A stretch of 61,456 bases of DNA, filler included, from 15 parts of 15 records of this genome joined end to end with filler, not necessarily neighbours in it; one strand, 5' to 3'. Counted from the first letter of the whole stretch, positions 34,705 to 48,126 are shown. A program made the numbers and translations. Notes: a model not told the origin generated them from the sequence alone.

Positions 34705-37700
34705 TACGAGCTCTCGGTCGTCCTCTTGGATCTTGGAGCCAAACCGTTGCCAGAACTTGTCGGGGTGCCACACTTTAGCAAGCTTGTGAAATATCTTTTT
34801 TCTCTCCTTGGAATGCAACAGAGCCTCGCGCCTAAGCGATAGTTGCGTTGGGAACTGAATGTCTTCCAACTGAATCACCTCATTGGCATCTAGATACTCG
34901 AATGGGTCAGACCCAAGGTTCTCACTACTAGCAAAGTGTCTCAAAGTCGGCCTCTCAGCAATCTTCCGCGCTGCCTCTTTGCGCTTGAATTCCTTGAGTC
35001 GCTCTGCATCGCGAGAGCGACGACGCTCTTCCTCAAGTCGCTTCCTAGCCTCGCCCTCCGCTCGTAGCCGCTGTGCTCGCTCCTCCTGCTCATCTTTCTG
35101 TTTTTGCTGCTCCTGATCCTCTTGCTCGCGCTGCTTACGGAGCTCCTCCATCCTGCATGCGTGCCATTAAGAATCATGTGTATGAATAAAAGTACCTCTC
35201 TGCATGTTGTTGCTGCTCAACGAGCCGAGCGCGTTCCTTTTCTGCCTCTGCCTGCGCCCTCTCGCGCTCTGTCTCCTTTCGTCGTGATTCGACCTGCGAT
35301 TGATTAAGGTTTAGGCTCTTTGCCACTTCAATAGCAGGCTTACTTGTTCTCGCCTCTTTGCCTGCTCTTGCTTTGCTTCTTCCTCTAAACGTCTCTCTTC
35401 CCGCTTCTCAGCATCGAGCTGCAAGTTGTCAGGGTCAGTCATCTTACCTTACCTAGGGCTAGGGAGACCTGCTCGCGGTGCTTCTCTGAGTCCAGACTGC
35501 ACCACACAGCTTCAGTCAGGGGACATTGATGGCCAAATCACCTGGCTGCAGCCTCTAGTCGATCAAGAAGCTCCTGCCGATCTCGATCGCGAGGCGTCAA
35601 ACAGCCTTTTGCCTCATCAGTTTTTGAATTTGCTATCTGCGCAGCATGCACGCTGCTGCCATCTGAAATATCATCTAGCCTTTTGAGTGCTTCCTTCGCC
35701 CGATGCATGACTCCATCGATGTCGACTCGCTGTTCAGCGGTGGACTCTTTAGCCCGTTGCATGATTTCATTGAGATCCACATCCTCTTTTATCGCTGCAC
35801 TGTCTTGAGCATCTGAGAATTCATCTTTCTGATCAATGGTCACTGAATCATTGGTGTCATTCTCTTCTGCCAGCTCCACAGGACCCTCTGCAGAAGGTAG
35901 CGACGACTCTGGCCTCATGGAAGGCACGTCATCTACAGCTAGATCTACATCATCTGAGCTGTCACAGTCTTGAGACTTACTCTCTTCTGCTTCCATCGTC
36001 CGGTTGCACGTATTTGCCTCCTCTTGCCCAGGCTGAGCATGTGCTTGAGGCGCTCCTTCCTCCGCGTTTGCTTGCTCAGCTACTTGCTGCGTCTGCTTTA
36101 CCTTCTGCATTGCATATTCAGCTGCCACTCTTTCGGGTGTGAGGTCGCCTTCAGCCATGCGTTCCATCCTCCATTGCTCTAAACGGGTTCTCGCAGCAGT
36201 TGGTGCCTTCTGGGCCTCAGTAGTGTTAGATGATTCCCTTGGAGATGCACATGCATCAAACTTACCAAGTCGGATCCGAGGCGATACGAGTGGATGATTT
36301 CGTTCTCCTCCTGGCGTGTTTCGTGGTGCAAGGCGAGGCTCCTGCGACCTACTACGAGGCTCGCTCTTGCTCATAGCATCTAGCTTGTGTAAGGTAGCAT
36401 CTATCTTCTGCATTTTCAGTCCCTTCTCCAGGTTCTGTAACTGAGCGCCATCCAGACAGGAAACGTTATCACGGAGAATGGAGGCTACTCTGGCAACTTT
36501 GTTACTGGATTCAGCTCTCCGAGCAGATTCCGCTGCTGCGGCCGCCGCTTTCTCAGCTCTGGATTCAAGAATCTGAATCCTCTCATTCTGCACTCCTGGG
36601 CGTGCAGCTTTGGTCGGGTTAGCTTTGACTGGAACTTGAACCTCGCTGTGAGCTGTTGTATCCACGAAAGGGGTCGATCGCAATCTAGGCTGTTGAGGCA
36701 CTGTGTCCTCTGTGTTCGTAGCTGATGCCTCCTTATCGGGATACTCAACCGGCTTCGATGCGGACTTTGGGTCAGGCAATGGAGCTCCAGGCTGCACCGG
36801 TGTAGTACCGTTGCTGCATTGCTTGGGAGACCGATGACGCGGAGATGCACGTGACGCTGGCGCCTTGCTGGCTGGCTGGGGTCCACATGAGGGTGGTTTC
36901 AGAAAGTCAGACTCAGCGGTCCTGACAGCTGATAGGTTGAGCCTTGGAACAACTGGCGGAGCGCGAGGACTGGACTTTGCTGGTGATTTCTTGACAAATG
37001 CCTCTAAAGCTATCTGCAGCTCGTCGAGAGTGATAGCACCATTGCTGTCCTTATCGAAGCGCTTGAAGTTGCGCTGATGATCCTTCAACATCCAGGTTGT
37101 GAACTCCTCGTACTGTGTGTTCTTCGTAAATACGTCCATTTCAGTCACTGTCAAGCTGTTGTTCGTCTTGAGCTTATCCGCAATTTTCATCATTTCCCTG
37201 GCTGCTTCAGGAGCTTTGAGCAGCTTGCCTGCCTCGCTCGCTCTTCTTTCAGCTGAGAGCTGTGGCATTGAGTCTCCGAAGCATCGTTCAACAAGGCTCG
37301 GTTCCTTCATGGCTGGTTGATCGTCTTCGATTTCGCTGCACTCAGGCTCAGCGGAGTGTGTCGAAGCCGTGATTTCCACTTTTTGCTGCAAACTTGATTG
37401 CATCGACAGTTCTTCAGCTTTCTCGCCGACCACCTGTGTCCTTTTGAGATCCCTCTCAGCTGCCTCTGCTCGCGCTTTCTCGAGTTGTTCTAAACGATCC
37501 AACAGGCTCTTTTCTGTTTTGCCGCTTTCAGCCTTTTTCAGCAAAGTTGCTCGCTCGTTCACCTTGATGACACGCTTTGGTTCGTCTGGGCACGTTGACT
37601 TCTTCTCGTCGATCGATTTTGCCTCCGTGTTAACCTGTATCTCCGAGTTTGACGACCGTGCAGCACATAAAGGTGCTGTCAGATTGTTCGGCTCCAAATT

Positions 37701-38796
37701 GAGCTGCCCGGTTTGACACGCTTCACCCTCCAAAGACTCACTCCTGCCACGCCGACGAGGGGCCTCCTCTTGTTCGCACTCGAATGCTGGGGTGCCCATA
37801 GTCTTACCAGTAGGGTTAATTGTCACTTTGGGGCTACAAATCTCCGCTTCGTCTTCACGTAGAGACTCTTCGGCCGGATCGCTGCTTGGCTCGTCATCTG
37901 CAACTGACTGCAATTGATGTGCTGCAGATGTGCTGCTCTTGGCCGAATTCAATTTCCATTCCTTCAGTGAACGCCAGGGTAAAGCCACGCCTTGTTCATG
38001 GGAGTGTTGCATTGCGTGTTTCCAGCTCTGGATTGCAGCTCTGGTCGCCGGATCGGCTGCCAGTCTCATGGGAGCGTGTGACTCCTTAGGCTCTGATACC
38101 ATGTCTTTAGGCACCTTTGGCACTACCTCCTGTGATACATCCAAGTTTACCTTTCTATCAGAGACAAGAGCAGTGGGTGCGAGTTCACCGCATGGAGTGA
38201 GAGCAAGCTGTTGTGGCCTGCAACAAGCAATCATCAGCACTGTTACACTCAGGAGTGACACACCGTGAGGCTTCAGGAGGGGTGCACACAACAGATGGGT
38301 CAAGTAATTGCTGTTTCCAATTGAGTGGACCTGTGCGCCTTGAGGCTCCTTGTGATTGAGCAATCTGAGCTGCAACCAAGTCATCCAGGAACTCTATGCT
38401 TGTGTCTGTATGAACATGAGAGGAAGCGGCACCACAAAGTTGTTGAAGTGCAATCGATGCCTGCTGAGACGGGTTCGCAAGACCTGGTACTGCAAGGCTT
38501 GGTTGTTTTAAGCCAACAGATTCAACATCGACAAACAACTTGGATAAAAAGGCTGTGTGTGGTGCCGCAGACTTGAGCATTCCTTCTTCAAAGCTGCTAT
38601 TCGCCAGCTGTGGCATTCTAAGCTCCTGCATCAAGGCCACTTTTGCTTCAGTCTCCAGAGTTTCGACTTCCTTGGCCTTGCGCTCCATCTCATCGAGTGC
38701 CTCTTGAGCTTTTAAGCGTTTTGTTTCCGCTGCTTTCGCTTGCGTTGCCATCTCCTTCTTCAATTTTGCTAGCTCAGCTTCGGCTTTTGCTGCCTT
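34705..38796 (-). CDS. Large low-complexity/coiled-coil protein with EF-hand and C-terminal HPDKF (NFKBIL1/J-like) motif (partial)
   Basis: FDKDSNGAITLDEL EF-hand; KIFHKLAKVWHPDKFWQRFG; charged coiled coils. ORFs 38185, 35538 and 34657 are probably exons of one gene. Confidence 0.6.
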
Positions 38797-39023
38797 NNNN
38801 NNNNNNNNNNNNNNNNNNNNNNNNNNNNNNNNNNNNNNNNTTAATTAATTAANNNNNNNNNNNNNNNNNNNNNNNNNNNNNNNNNNNNNNNNNNNNACTG
38901 TGCTGCCCGCTTGGTGAGCCGCCATCTGTCCAATGCCGTCAGGGCCCTGCTCGCTGCCTCCAAAGGCCCCGCACCTCGTGGCTGTCCCGGATCCCTAACG
39001 GCAGCCTCGCGTTGTCTCTGGCG

Positions 39024-42000
39024 ATGACTGGAGCAAGCGGGACCTGGCTGTGCGTGGCGCTGTGCGTGGCGCTGGCAGCGGCACAGCCGCGAGAGCTGAT
39101 GCAGAAAGTCCAGGAGCGGGCGAGCAAGGCCGGCGTCTCCGACAACACCCAAGAGCGCGCCATCAAAGCCGCCCAGAAGGCAGCGGGCGAGCAGGGCGGC
39201 CGCGGTGCCGATAAGCTGTTCGACGGCATCGACGGGCTGCTCGACAAGATCGAAGCCAGCCAGAGGGTGCACGCGCGCGCCCGGGCCTGCGCCCACGCCT
39301 GCTGCAGGGCCCCGGCGGGTTCCCTCCTCGACAGGCGTTCGGCGCCTGTGATGGGCTGGCGTCCGGGTGCGCGCTTGCTGGGACAGGCGGCCTCAACCTG
39401 GCGGGGCAGAGACCGGTGTGAGTTCGTGCTCGGGCAGACCGAGCTGGAGGGCACGTGCGTCCAGCCGGCGCGATTGGGTGCGCCCTCGGCTGCGACTGCC
39501 GAGCCAGGGTGCAGGCATCCTTGTGTGTCGACCAAATCAGGGTCCGGACGGGCGGCCGATCGGACCCCAGTCCAACCGGACGCTCGACCTGCAGATCGAC
39601 CAACGGGAGAACGCGGCCAGCAGCCTTCACGGCATGATGCTTGCACTGCTATTCGTTGGTGCCCAGGCCTGTGGCCGCGCCTGCCAGACTCGGCGACTGC
39701 AGGCGTGGCTCTGGCCGGATCTAGCTGGGGCACTCTGCGGATGTACCTGTTCGAGCGTGAGTGGGCGCGGTGCGTTACAGCTGCCAAGTCTGAGGGCCAT
39801 TCGCAGCTGAGCAGCGGGGAAGTCGAGGTGAGGCTCGTGCTCGAGGCCGCGCTGAGCTGGCCACAGATGGTGCCGATGACCGGCGAATCGTCGGGCAGCA
39901 GGGAGCGAGCGGTGTCCATCACCAGCCCGCAGGCGCTCTGCTGGGCCATGATCAGTTACTTTGTGGATGTGGGCTCGTGGAAGGAGAGGCTGCGCGGTGA
40001 GGCAGGCCGGAAGCAGATCCTGCATGATGTGCACGGCTACGCCCAGCCTGGGACAGTAACCGCCATCATGGGCCCATCGGGCAGCGGCAAGACTACCCTG
40101 CTAAACGTCGTCGCCGGGCGGGCCAGCAGTGGATGGCTCTCTGGGCATCGGATTTATAACGGGCAAGTGCTCGAGAAGAAGGAATATGAGCTTCGGATGT
40201 CGCGACAAGGCTACGTGCTGCAGACAGATAACTTTTTCACCGATCTGACCGTCCGTGAGATGCTCACTTACTGCGCCATGCTCCGGATGGGCGACAGCTC
40301 CTCGATATCCGACAAGATAACACTCCTTTCCTCGGTGCTTAGTGACGTTAATCTCCAAAAGCAGGCTGATGCTGTGATTGGCGGCCAAGGCTCCGGGACT
40401 GCCGGCATCTCGGGCGGGCAGCGCCGTCGGCTGTCGGTGGCGATTGAGCTGCTGACCAATCCGGCGATTCTGTGCGCTGCATTATGTTTCGATTGCCTGA
40501 CGGTTGGTTGGCAGCATCCTGGATGAGCCTACCTCGGGACTCGATGCTACGTGAGTGCCCTGCTGAGCCTCGGCAGCTGATCTGGGCGGGACAGCTCATC
40601 CCACCAGTTGGTTCAGCTGCTCAACAAGATCGCCCACACGGACCAGCGGACTGTTCTTCTCACGATCCACCAGCCAAGAGCTGAGTCGTTCGAGCTGTTT
40701 GATCAGCTGCTGTTGCTAGGCGAAGGCGGCCGGGTTGTGTACCACGGCCCGGCGCGCAAGGCCATGGCATACTTAGCAGAAGCGCTTCCGGAGATGAACG
40801 CAGAGGGTTATGACAATCCTGGTGATTTTATCATCGACGCTGTTGGTTTGGACCCGTCGCGAGTCGAGGATCAGACCAGTTGCGTCAGCGAGGGGACCGA
40901 TCTTGTCTCACGATACACCACAAGTGGGATGGCGGACTCCGTGCTTCGCTCAGTCAAGTCATTTGTGGCTGGATCGGAGCAGCAGAATGAAATCAAGCAA
41001 GATGAAAGCTGCAACCTGTGCCGATCGGACGGTGAGTGGCACTCGGGCATGGCCTACCAAGTGTGGGTGCTTCTGGCTCGACGGATGCGCCGATCGTTCA
41101 AGGCGTGGCGCAGCCTGCTCACAGTATATGTTCAGATAGTCTTTGTGGCCCTGACTCTTGGATACGCGATGCGTGACAGCGATGATGAATACCCAACTGC
41201 CACCATGGTCTACCAGGTGGCTCGCAGCCAGGCCAGAGTACACTCACGGCTAATGTTGTAGGAGATGATGTTTCTCTTCTGCGCTGTGTCGTATTTGATG
41301 ATCCTTCAGTACCTGGTGTGCATCCCCGAGGTGTTCGAAGAGCGGCCCATCTACCTTCAGGCACAGCTCGGCTGCCAGTGCACCATTCACTCGTCTGTGC
41401 CTGCAGGACAGACTAGCTCGCTCGGTCCGGCCTTCGGCCTATGTGCTCTCTTCCATCTTTACAGACACGCCTCGTGCCCTTGCCCACACGCTCGTGTTCT
41501 ATGGCGTCTCATACTGGCTGATTGGGCTCAATCCGGAGCTCGAGTTTGTGGGCTACACTGTGTTCGTGACAGTCCTGGCGATTGTCGCATGGCAAGCCGT
41601 CATCGGGCTGTGCGCTGCGCTCACTGACAATGCGGGGGTGGTCTATTCATACTTGTTTGTGCTGCTGGGTGGATCTACGCTGTTCGGCGGGCTCTGTATC
41701 CCGTACAGGTGCTTAGCTGCTCGCGCAGTTGCCGGACTGACAGTGTGCGGTGCAGAAATCTCAAGCCCATCTTCAAGCCCTTTTACTACATCTCAGTCCC
41801 TGCTTGGGGCTATCGCTCGGTGATAGTCAACGACCTCGTATGCTGCCACCTTGACCTTACCTGCCCGGTGCGATGCGCTTGCTCTGTGTAAATCTCATTG
41901 CGACCCCAGGGGGTATACTCCACCATCATGCAATCAGAGTTTGTGGCTGTTCGTGAGCTTGGGGAGTCAGTCTATGAGGATTGCTTGGTCAACAATGGCA

Positions 42001-42323
42001 CCGTACCTCTTGGGCAGCTCGGTGTCTTGTACACAGATTTGGCTAGCAGCCCGGACGATTATGCTCCAAAGAAGATGAACGCAGTCTTTGTGCTGATGGG
42101 CTGCACAATAGTGCTTAGGTGGCTCGAAATTGTGGTGCTCCGGATTCGAACAAAGCGAGCCAACGCGCTCGAAGTGATAGATCAACAGGATAGTGACCGT
42201 AAGATTCAGGTGATCAGGGTTAAGGTAGGGGTGAGACTTGGGGGCAGGCTTTTGATGGAACACTTCAACCCAATGACCACAGTCTTTTGTAAAGTTTCGT
42301 TTATTCGTCCATACATTTTTTAA
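39024..42323 (+). CDS. ABCG-family half transporter with N-terminal signal/extracellular region
   Basis: Walker A GPSGSGKTT, signature ISGGQRRRLS, spliced ILDEPTSGLD, TIHQP, NPGDF, and ABC2 membrane segments (ERPIYLQDR...SAYVLS). Many short introns; 3' end uncertain. Confidence 0.92.
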
Positions 42324-42537
42324 ATATCGCATTAAATGTTTAGCCTATTTAAACACCCGCCGTTATGGTGATTAATGCTGCGCCGCGTGAGGTGGTTGCG
42401 GCGGTGCCGTCGTAACTGCAGGCCCGGGGAACGCGAGAAGACCGCGGACCGCCCCGGACCCCTCCAAACGCGCACAGAGATCTGTCGTGCTTGGCGTGTG
42501 TTGTTGACAGCAGCGACCATCTGTGCGGCCGCGGCCA

Positions 42538-43308
42538 ATGCCGGCCCAAGTGCTTACGGCCAGTTACGGGCGCCCACTGATGTCCCTCTTGCACAGTTTG
42601 ATTGCCTCATGGGCGGTGACCTTTCCCACAGTCAAGTCGGCGGCCATCTCGGCCACTCGGGGCGACCACAAGAGGTGCAAAGTACATGCTAAAGGAGGCG
42701 ACTGGCACGATTCGCACCGGTTCGCGTGCGACGACCCGGAAAACACCTACCATCGCTGGACGAAACAGCACTGCAAGATCCTGTGCAATCCGCAGTGCGA
42801 CCCAAGATCCCAGGTGGTTTCTTCCAGATAGCTGCTTGGCGTTACGGTCGGCAGGGGCAGCGGAAGCGTGCTTGTCCGTACGACCGGAGCAAGGATAAGA
42901 AGTGGTGCTTTGGTCACGCTGGCCGGCCTAAGCTTCATCTTTGCGACCCCAATCACCCCAAGCACCCCAAGAAACCCAAGGACTCCGTTTGGGTTATGAA
43001 GAGTTGCAGGGGCATGTGCAGCCCGGACTGCAACCCGGCGCTCCTGCCCTTAGACAGCAGGCCAGGGGCACTGCCAAATGCCGTTGTCCCGGCCACGCTG
43101 CCCCCCGGTCACCGGAACTGCAAACACAAGGTGAGCCGGCTCGCAGCCTGGTTGCCAACTGACATGATTGTGCGCACGCAGTACACGGTGAACACGGTGG
43201 CGGGATTCACGGTGAACCGGCAGACCGGCAGATCGGTGCCGGTTGCAGTGTGTGGCATGTGCAAGGACGACTCGTTCCTGTTGAACCCGGCCTACAGCGT
43301 TGGCCAGC
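42538..43308 (+). CDS. Cys-rich hypothetical (possibly secreted) protein (3' partial)
   Basis: Cys-rich exons with a repeated CDxxxP...W...C...C.PxC.P pattern, separated by short introns. Confidence 0.45.
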
Positions 43309-43408
43309 NNNNNNNNNNNNNNNNNNNNNNNNNNNNNNNNNNNNNNNNNNNNTTAATTAATTAANNNNNNNNNNNNNNNNNNNNNNNNNNNNNNNNNNNN
43401 NNNNNNNN

Positions 43409-43911
43409 GGAGAGCTCAGCAGACCCAGGGCCGGAGCAGTTTGAGCTGACGGCAATCTGCCGGTCGGGGGGCTGCTGTGAGCCAGGGCGCAGGCCTGGGG
43501 GTATGATCCTGTCCGCTGTATGAGGCTAGAGGTGTGGCTGACAGGAGGGCTGGCTGATTGCGATGCCAGGTGCGTGACACGCCGGAGACCGATTTGATGG
43601 TGTACTTTGATCGGTGCAATCAGTTCATCGGTGACGCGCTGGCGCTGGACGGCCAGGTGTTGGTCCATTGCCAGGTGCAGCACAGGCGACCTGCCATGTA
43701 ATGCTTGTGGCAGTGGGGGATGAGCCGGAGTGCCACTGTGGTCGCTGCATACATTTGTAAAACAAGCGGCCGCCCGCTTGATGACGTGCTAGCTAGGATG
43801 CAAGAGCTACGGCCAGTTATCGATCCGAGCCTCCCTGGGGGGATCAATCCGGGGTTCATGAGACAACTAAAAGCTTGGGAAGCGGCCGGCTTTGCTTATC
43901 CTGATTCATGA
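43409..43911 (+). CDS. Dual-specificity protein phosphatase (5' partial)
   Basis: Spliced VLVHCQ|WGMSRSATVVAAY...INPGFMRQLKAWE. Confidence 0.88.
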
Positions 43912-44015
43912 TCGAAGAAAATTTTATACACGTCCTTTGATCAATCGATTATACGAAAACAGTGGAGAGCATTGTAGCAACATCTATGATAATCAATTGT
44001 AGCAGCAATGTCGAG

Positions 44016-45443
44016 TCACAAGGACCGGTGCCTTCTATTACGTACGGCATGCATAAGTGAACTACAACCGCAATACGGATCTAATTCTTGGTCAGACCTC
44101 AAATGAATAGGTTCGTGGTCCTTAAGTCTACGCGCAAATGCTCTATGTACAGTAAGTTTACATAACTCCGCGCAATCCTGAATGCAGGTACCAAAGAATA
44201 TTCCCCTCAGTCTCTTAGGATGGAATAGATATGCATTGGGGCGTTGTCTTGCCACGAAACAGCCACCAAAATAGTCTTCCATTTGAATACTGAGTCCCTA
44301 CAAAGCATAAAGGTCAGCACGCACATTCTCAAGTACCACAATTGCGCACTTAAATGGCTCAAGTTCATCTGTGGTGAGTGGCCTCAATGTAGCAAACGTC
44401 TTTGCACATGACTTTGGTGACACCTGAATGTGGAGGTTACCTAGGCAGGCTGCCCAATCTATTCACCAAGTTCTTCATGACTGCTTGTAACAAGGAGCCT
44501 GGCCATGTAGTAGAGGCGGCAAAGAAGTGAGTACCATCCATGTAGACTGGTTTTGAGATGTCCCCATTGTATAACTGAAGTTTTAAAGAATGACTGGCTT
44601 CGACGAGCCTTCCGACGTAGGTGGAAATCTCAGGACTCCCCTTGGCGGAATCGCCGCTCAATCCACGAAATCAGCCAGTGTGTCTGCGAATGCATAGGTT
44701 ATCACACAAGCCCAAGTGCCTAATATTCAGCGGCACACCCTTGCCTCAAGTATTGTGCTGCTGTAAAACGTTGGGGCAGTTGACTCTGCAGAAAACCACA
44801 GCAACGATGGTTGACCTAAGTGCCATGGTCAGTACGCAGCAGATCAGGCAGCAGAAGGCACCTTTCACGCCAGTGCTAAAGTTTGCCGGGAGCTCCTGCC
44901 GGGCCGGTGAGGCCCTGAAGGCTACACAATCAGACCGTCTCGTGGTCCAAGTGAAGTCCACCGTGAAGAACAAAATTTCTTTGCCATGGGCCTGGCACAG
45001 AGTCCCGCCGGTCAGCTCGGTGCCTCTGGGCGTCTGGCACCTTCACAAAATGCTCGTAAACTTCCTCAAAGTTCCACCTGAACTCCTGAACACCTCTCAG
45101 CCCGAGCCCCATCGGGCTGCCAGACCTGGCAGTCGTGGTCCGAGCCATGATGCAGCAGCACCACCGACGGCCGGGCCTTGCCGACGTACCGAAAGAATTG
45201 GCCGGCGCTCAGCTCGGGAATCGCGGACCTGTCCGGCGGTTGGGCGGGGTCTGGGCGGTTGGGGCACGGGGGTGAGTTGTCGCCGGTGTGGAAGATTTGG
45301 AGCATGAGGATCGGGAGCCCAGCCCCGAGCAGCATCCCCAAGATCACGCCGCTCGAGTACGACGAGCTCACCTCCTCGCTCTCCGCCGCCAGCGCCAGCG
45401 GCAGGCCAACCAGCCAGCCCGCCAGGTGCGGCAGCCCCACCAT
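44016..45443 (-). CDS. Hypothetical membrane-anchored multi-exon protein
   Basis: N-terminal signal/TM segments (MVGLPHLAGWLVGLPLALAA; GVILGMLLGAGLPILML) followed by a chain of minus-strand ORFs. No family recognised. Confidence 0.45.
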
Positions 45444-45538
45444 GGTTGCCAGGGTGACCACCAAGCTGAAGTGAAGTCCGTTATCTCAAAATTCCGGCCA
45501 TCACAAGGCGAGGCCGTCCCTCACCCGCCGTGAACTCA

Positions 45539-46641
45539 ATGGTGATCCTCAAGCTCGCCCTGGTCCTGGCCCTCCCGCTCGCGGCGGCGCACAGCAGCCT
45601 GATCAACCCCAAGCCCCGGAACGCCATCGACAGCGAGCTGCCGGCCTGGAAGGACGGTGCCTCCCCTTACATGTGGGTGGATAACATTGGCCAAGCCGGC
45701 GCGCCCTGCGCCTGCAGGAACGGCACACAGCCGTGCGCCTCTGCCCAGACTTGCCTGTGGTTCAACGTCGGTACCACCATTGGGTGCAGCGAGCCCGACG
45801 GCGGGGACAAAGGCCCGTCCAACCCCAACCGGATTGACCGATGCGGGGCGGGCATGAACGCGACAAACAACGATCCAAACCACCGCACCGTCAACCGCGG
45901 TGCGCTGGCTGGCTCCGACGCGGACTGGACCCGTTTCAACCCCTGGCGCGCGCCGGGCCACGCCCCGGTATACGATCCGTGTGGGCGCGCCAGTGGCTCG
46001 TACAAGGCGACGGCTGGTAAGGGCGAGTACACCGATACCAAGTACGCAAAGCTGGGCGACCTCGGCTCCAAGGTGCTGCCCAAGTACTTCACAGGCAGCG
46101 TCTGGCGAGCCGGCGAGACAGTGGAGACCATGACCAGCTTCCGGGCCAACCACGGTGGAGGGTACCAGTTTCGTCTTTGCCCCGCAGCGAACTTGACTGA
46201 AGCCTGCTTCCAGCAAAACCCGATGCGGTTCATGGGCAACAGCAAGCTGATGATCTCGGACGGCAGCATGATCGAGCTCAACAGCGTTGATGTCTCCTCC
46301 GGGACGCTTCCCCTCGGGAGCACCTGGAGGATGCTCGGAATCCCTGATGTGGCGGGAGCCGCAGTGAGCGGTTGGGCGTTCGAGCCGCCCTGCCATGAGC
46401 CTGGCTACCCGGACCACCCGCCCAGCTTCCCAACCCAAGCCAACTGCACGGGCGACTGGTCCCACAACGTGACGGTGCGACTTGCGCAGCCTGCCGTCGA
46501 TGACGGTTTGACCGGTGCCAGATGTACGACTATCTGCAGGTGCCACACGTGGAGCCTGGCGATTATGTGCTCGGATTCCGTTGGGACTGTGAGACCTCCG
46601 CGCAGATCTGGCAATCTTGTGCAGACGTCAAGATTGTGTGA
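45539..46641 (+). CDS. Secreted LPMO-fold (AA10/AA15-like) copper protein
   Basis: Signal peptide ending AAA followed by N-terminal His (HSSLINPKPRN), second His in ANHGGGYQFRLCP, and after intron 46475-46521 YVLGFRWDCETSAQIWQSCADV. Confidence 0.8.
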
Positions 46642-46851
46642 ACCGACCTGTAGTTATCTTTGGACTGTTCCTCCGCCCAAGCCACGATCTTTATATCTGA
46701 AAATTGTTTGATGAAGATCTAGATCTCTAGTGCGAGGTTAACATAACACTTTCTGCCTTGATTCTCGCACTCGCGTGCATTTGCTTGATGGACTTGGACA
46801 GCAGAGCCATCGCAGAATTCGGCACTCTCAAATCCTCCAGTAAAAACGCAC

Positions 46852-47795
46852 ATGGCTGCGGCTGCAGGCGCGTCCCCGTCAGCCTGTTGCGCTCACTGGT
46901 CCGGGCAGGCCTGTTGGGCTACCGGCTGCGCTCATCTGGCGCTCAGCTGCCGGCCGCTGAGCCGCTGGAGCTGGAGCCCCAGGTGAGCTGGGAGCCGATG
47001 GTGCGCGACCGCATCGCCCGGCTTGCCGAGTCCTCCCCGCCGGGGGTGCCGGTGCTGGTGGGGATCGTCGGTGTGCCCGGGGCGGGCAAGACCACCTGCA
47101 CCGGCACCCTGGCCGCCATGATCCCGGGTTCTGTCCGGATGCCAGCCGACGGCTATCACATCCCGCTGGCGAGGCTCCGCCGGATGCCGGGCGCCGCTGA
47201 TTTGATCTACCGGCGGGGTGCTCCCGACACGTTCGACGCGGCAGCGCTCAAACAGGACCTTCACCAGATCAAAAGCGGTGGCCAGGCTACGGTGGCGCTG
47301 CCAGGGTTCGAGCATGAAAGGGGCGACCCGGCGCCGGGGATGTACATCTTCGACCGGTCGGCTCACCGGGTAGTGCTGGTGGAGGGGCTGTACCTGCTGC
47401 AGCGGCAGGGCGAGTGGGATGGGGTGGCAGCGATGCTAGACCTCACCGTCTTTATTGAGGCCGATGTGAACGAATGTATCAGCCGGCTCAAAAGAAGGAA
47501 TCAGTGTATACCGGGATATGACCCGGAGGAGATCGCCCGGAGGTGCGATATTGTGGACCGCGCCAACGCGGAGCTCGTAGCCAAGGACCGGGACCTGGCA
47601 GATATTGTGGTGCCTGGGTTGGCCTCACACAAGATGATCGGACTCGACTCACGATGGAGCTACACCTGGCGGCTTAGGTCGACCCGAGCAGTGCTCTCCG
47701 GGCCGTCGCAGTTAGAGCCCGCCCGGCCACCGCCTCCGCCCCGGAGGCATTTCTCGAGACCGTATTATCCGCCAGTCATTCGACCAAATTGGTAA
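46852..47795 (+). CDS. P-loop kinase, uridine kinase/pantothenate kinase (Yfh7/FrcK-like)
   Basis: GVPGAGKTT, DGYH, RRGAPDTFD, PGFEHERGDP, LVEGLYLL. ATG 46852 is joined via GC-AG intron 46868-46908. Confidence 0.85.
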
Positions 47796-48126
47796 TTATG
47801 AGCACCGTAAGGATTTAACCTGTAAGCTTACTACTCTTGTTTGCGAGTACTCAAGATTGTATGAGTTATTCTGAGTAATTCTGAGTCTATGAATTGGTCT
47901 AGAACTTACTGTATCAAGACTGAGAGACANNNNNNNNNNNNNNNNNNNNNNNNNNNNNNNNNNNNNNNNNNNNTTAATTAATTAANNNNNNNNNNNNNNN
48001 NNNNNNNNNNNNNNNNNNNNNNNNNNNNNACCGTTCCGGTTTGGACAGTGCCTGAGCAACATGAGCAACAACAACAACGAATAACGGCAAATTTTGTTTG
48101 GCCTCACCCTGCACCGGCTGAACAAC

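Noticed and set aside
45536-46546. Long antisense or alternative-frame ORFs (also 19757..20458, 38939..39949, 54579..55280, 59666..60550, 23747..24778)
   Set aside because: Shadow ORFs of GC-rich genes with no recognisable motifs in the overlapping part.
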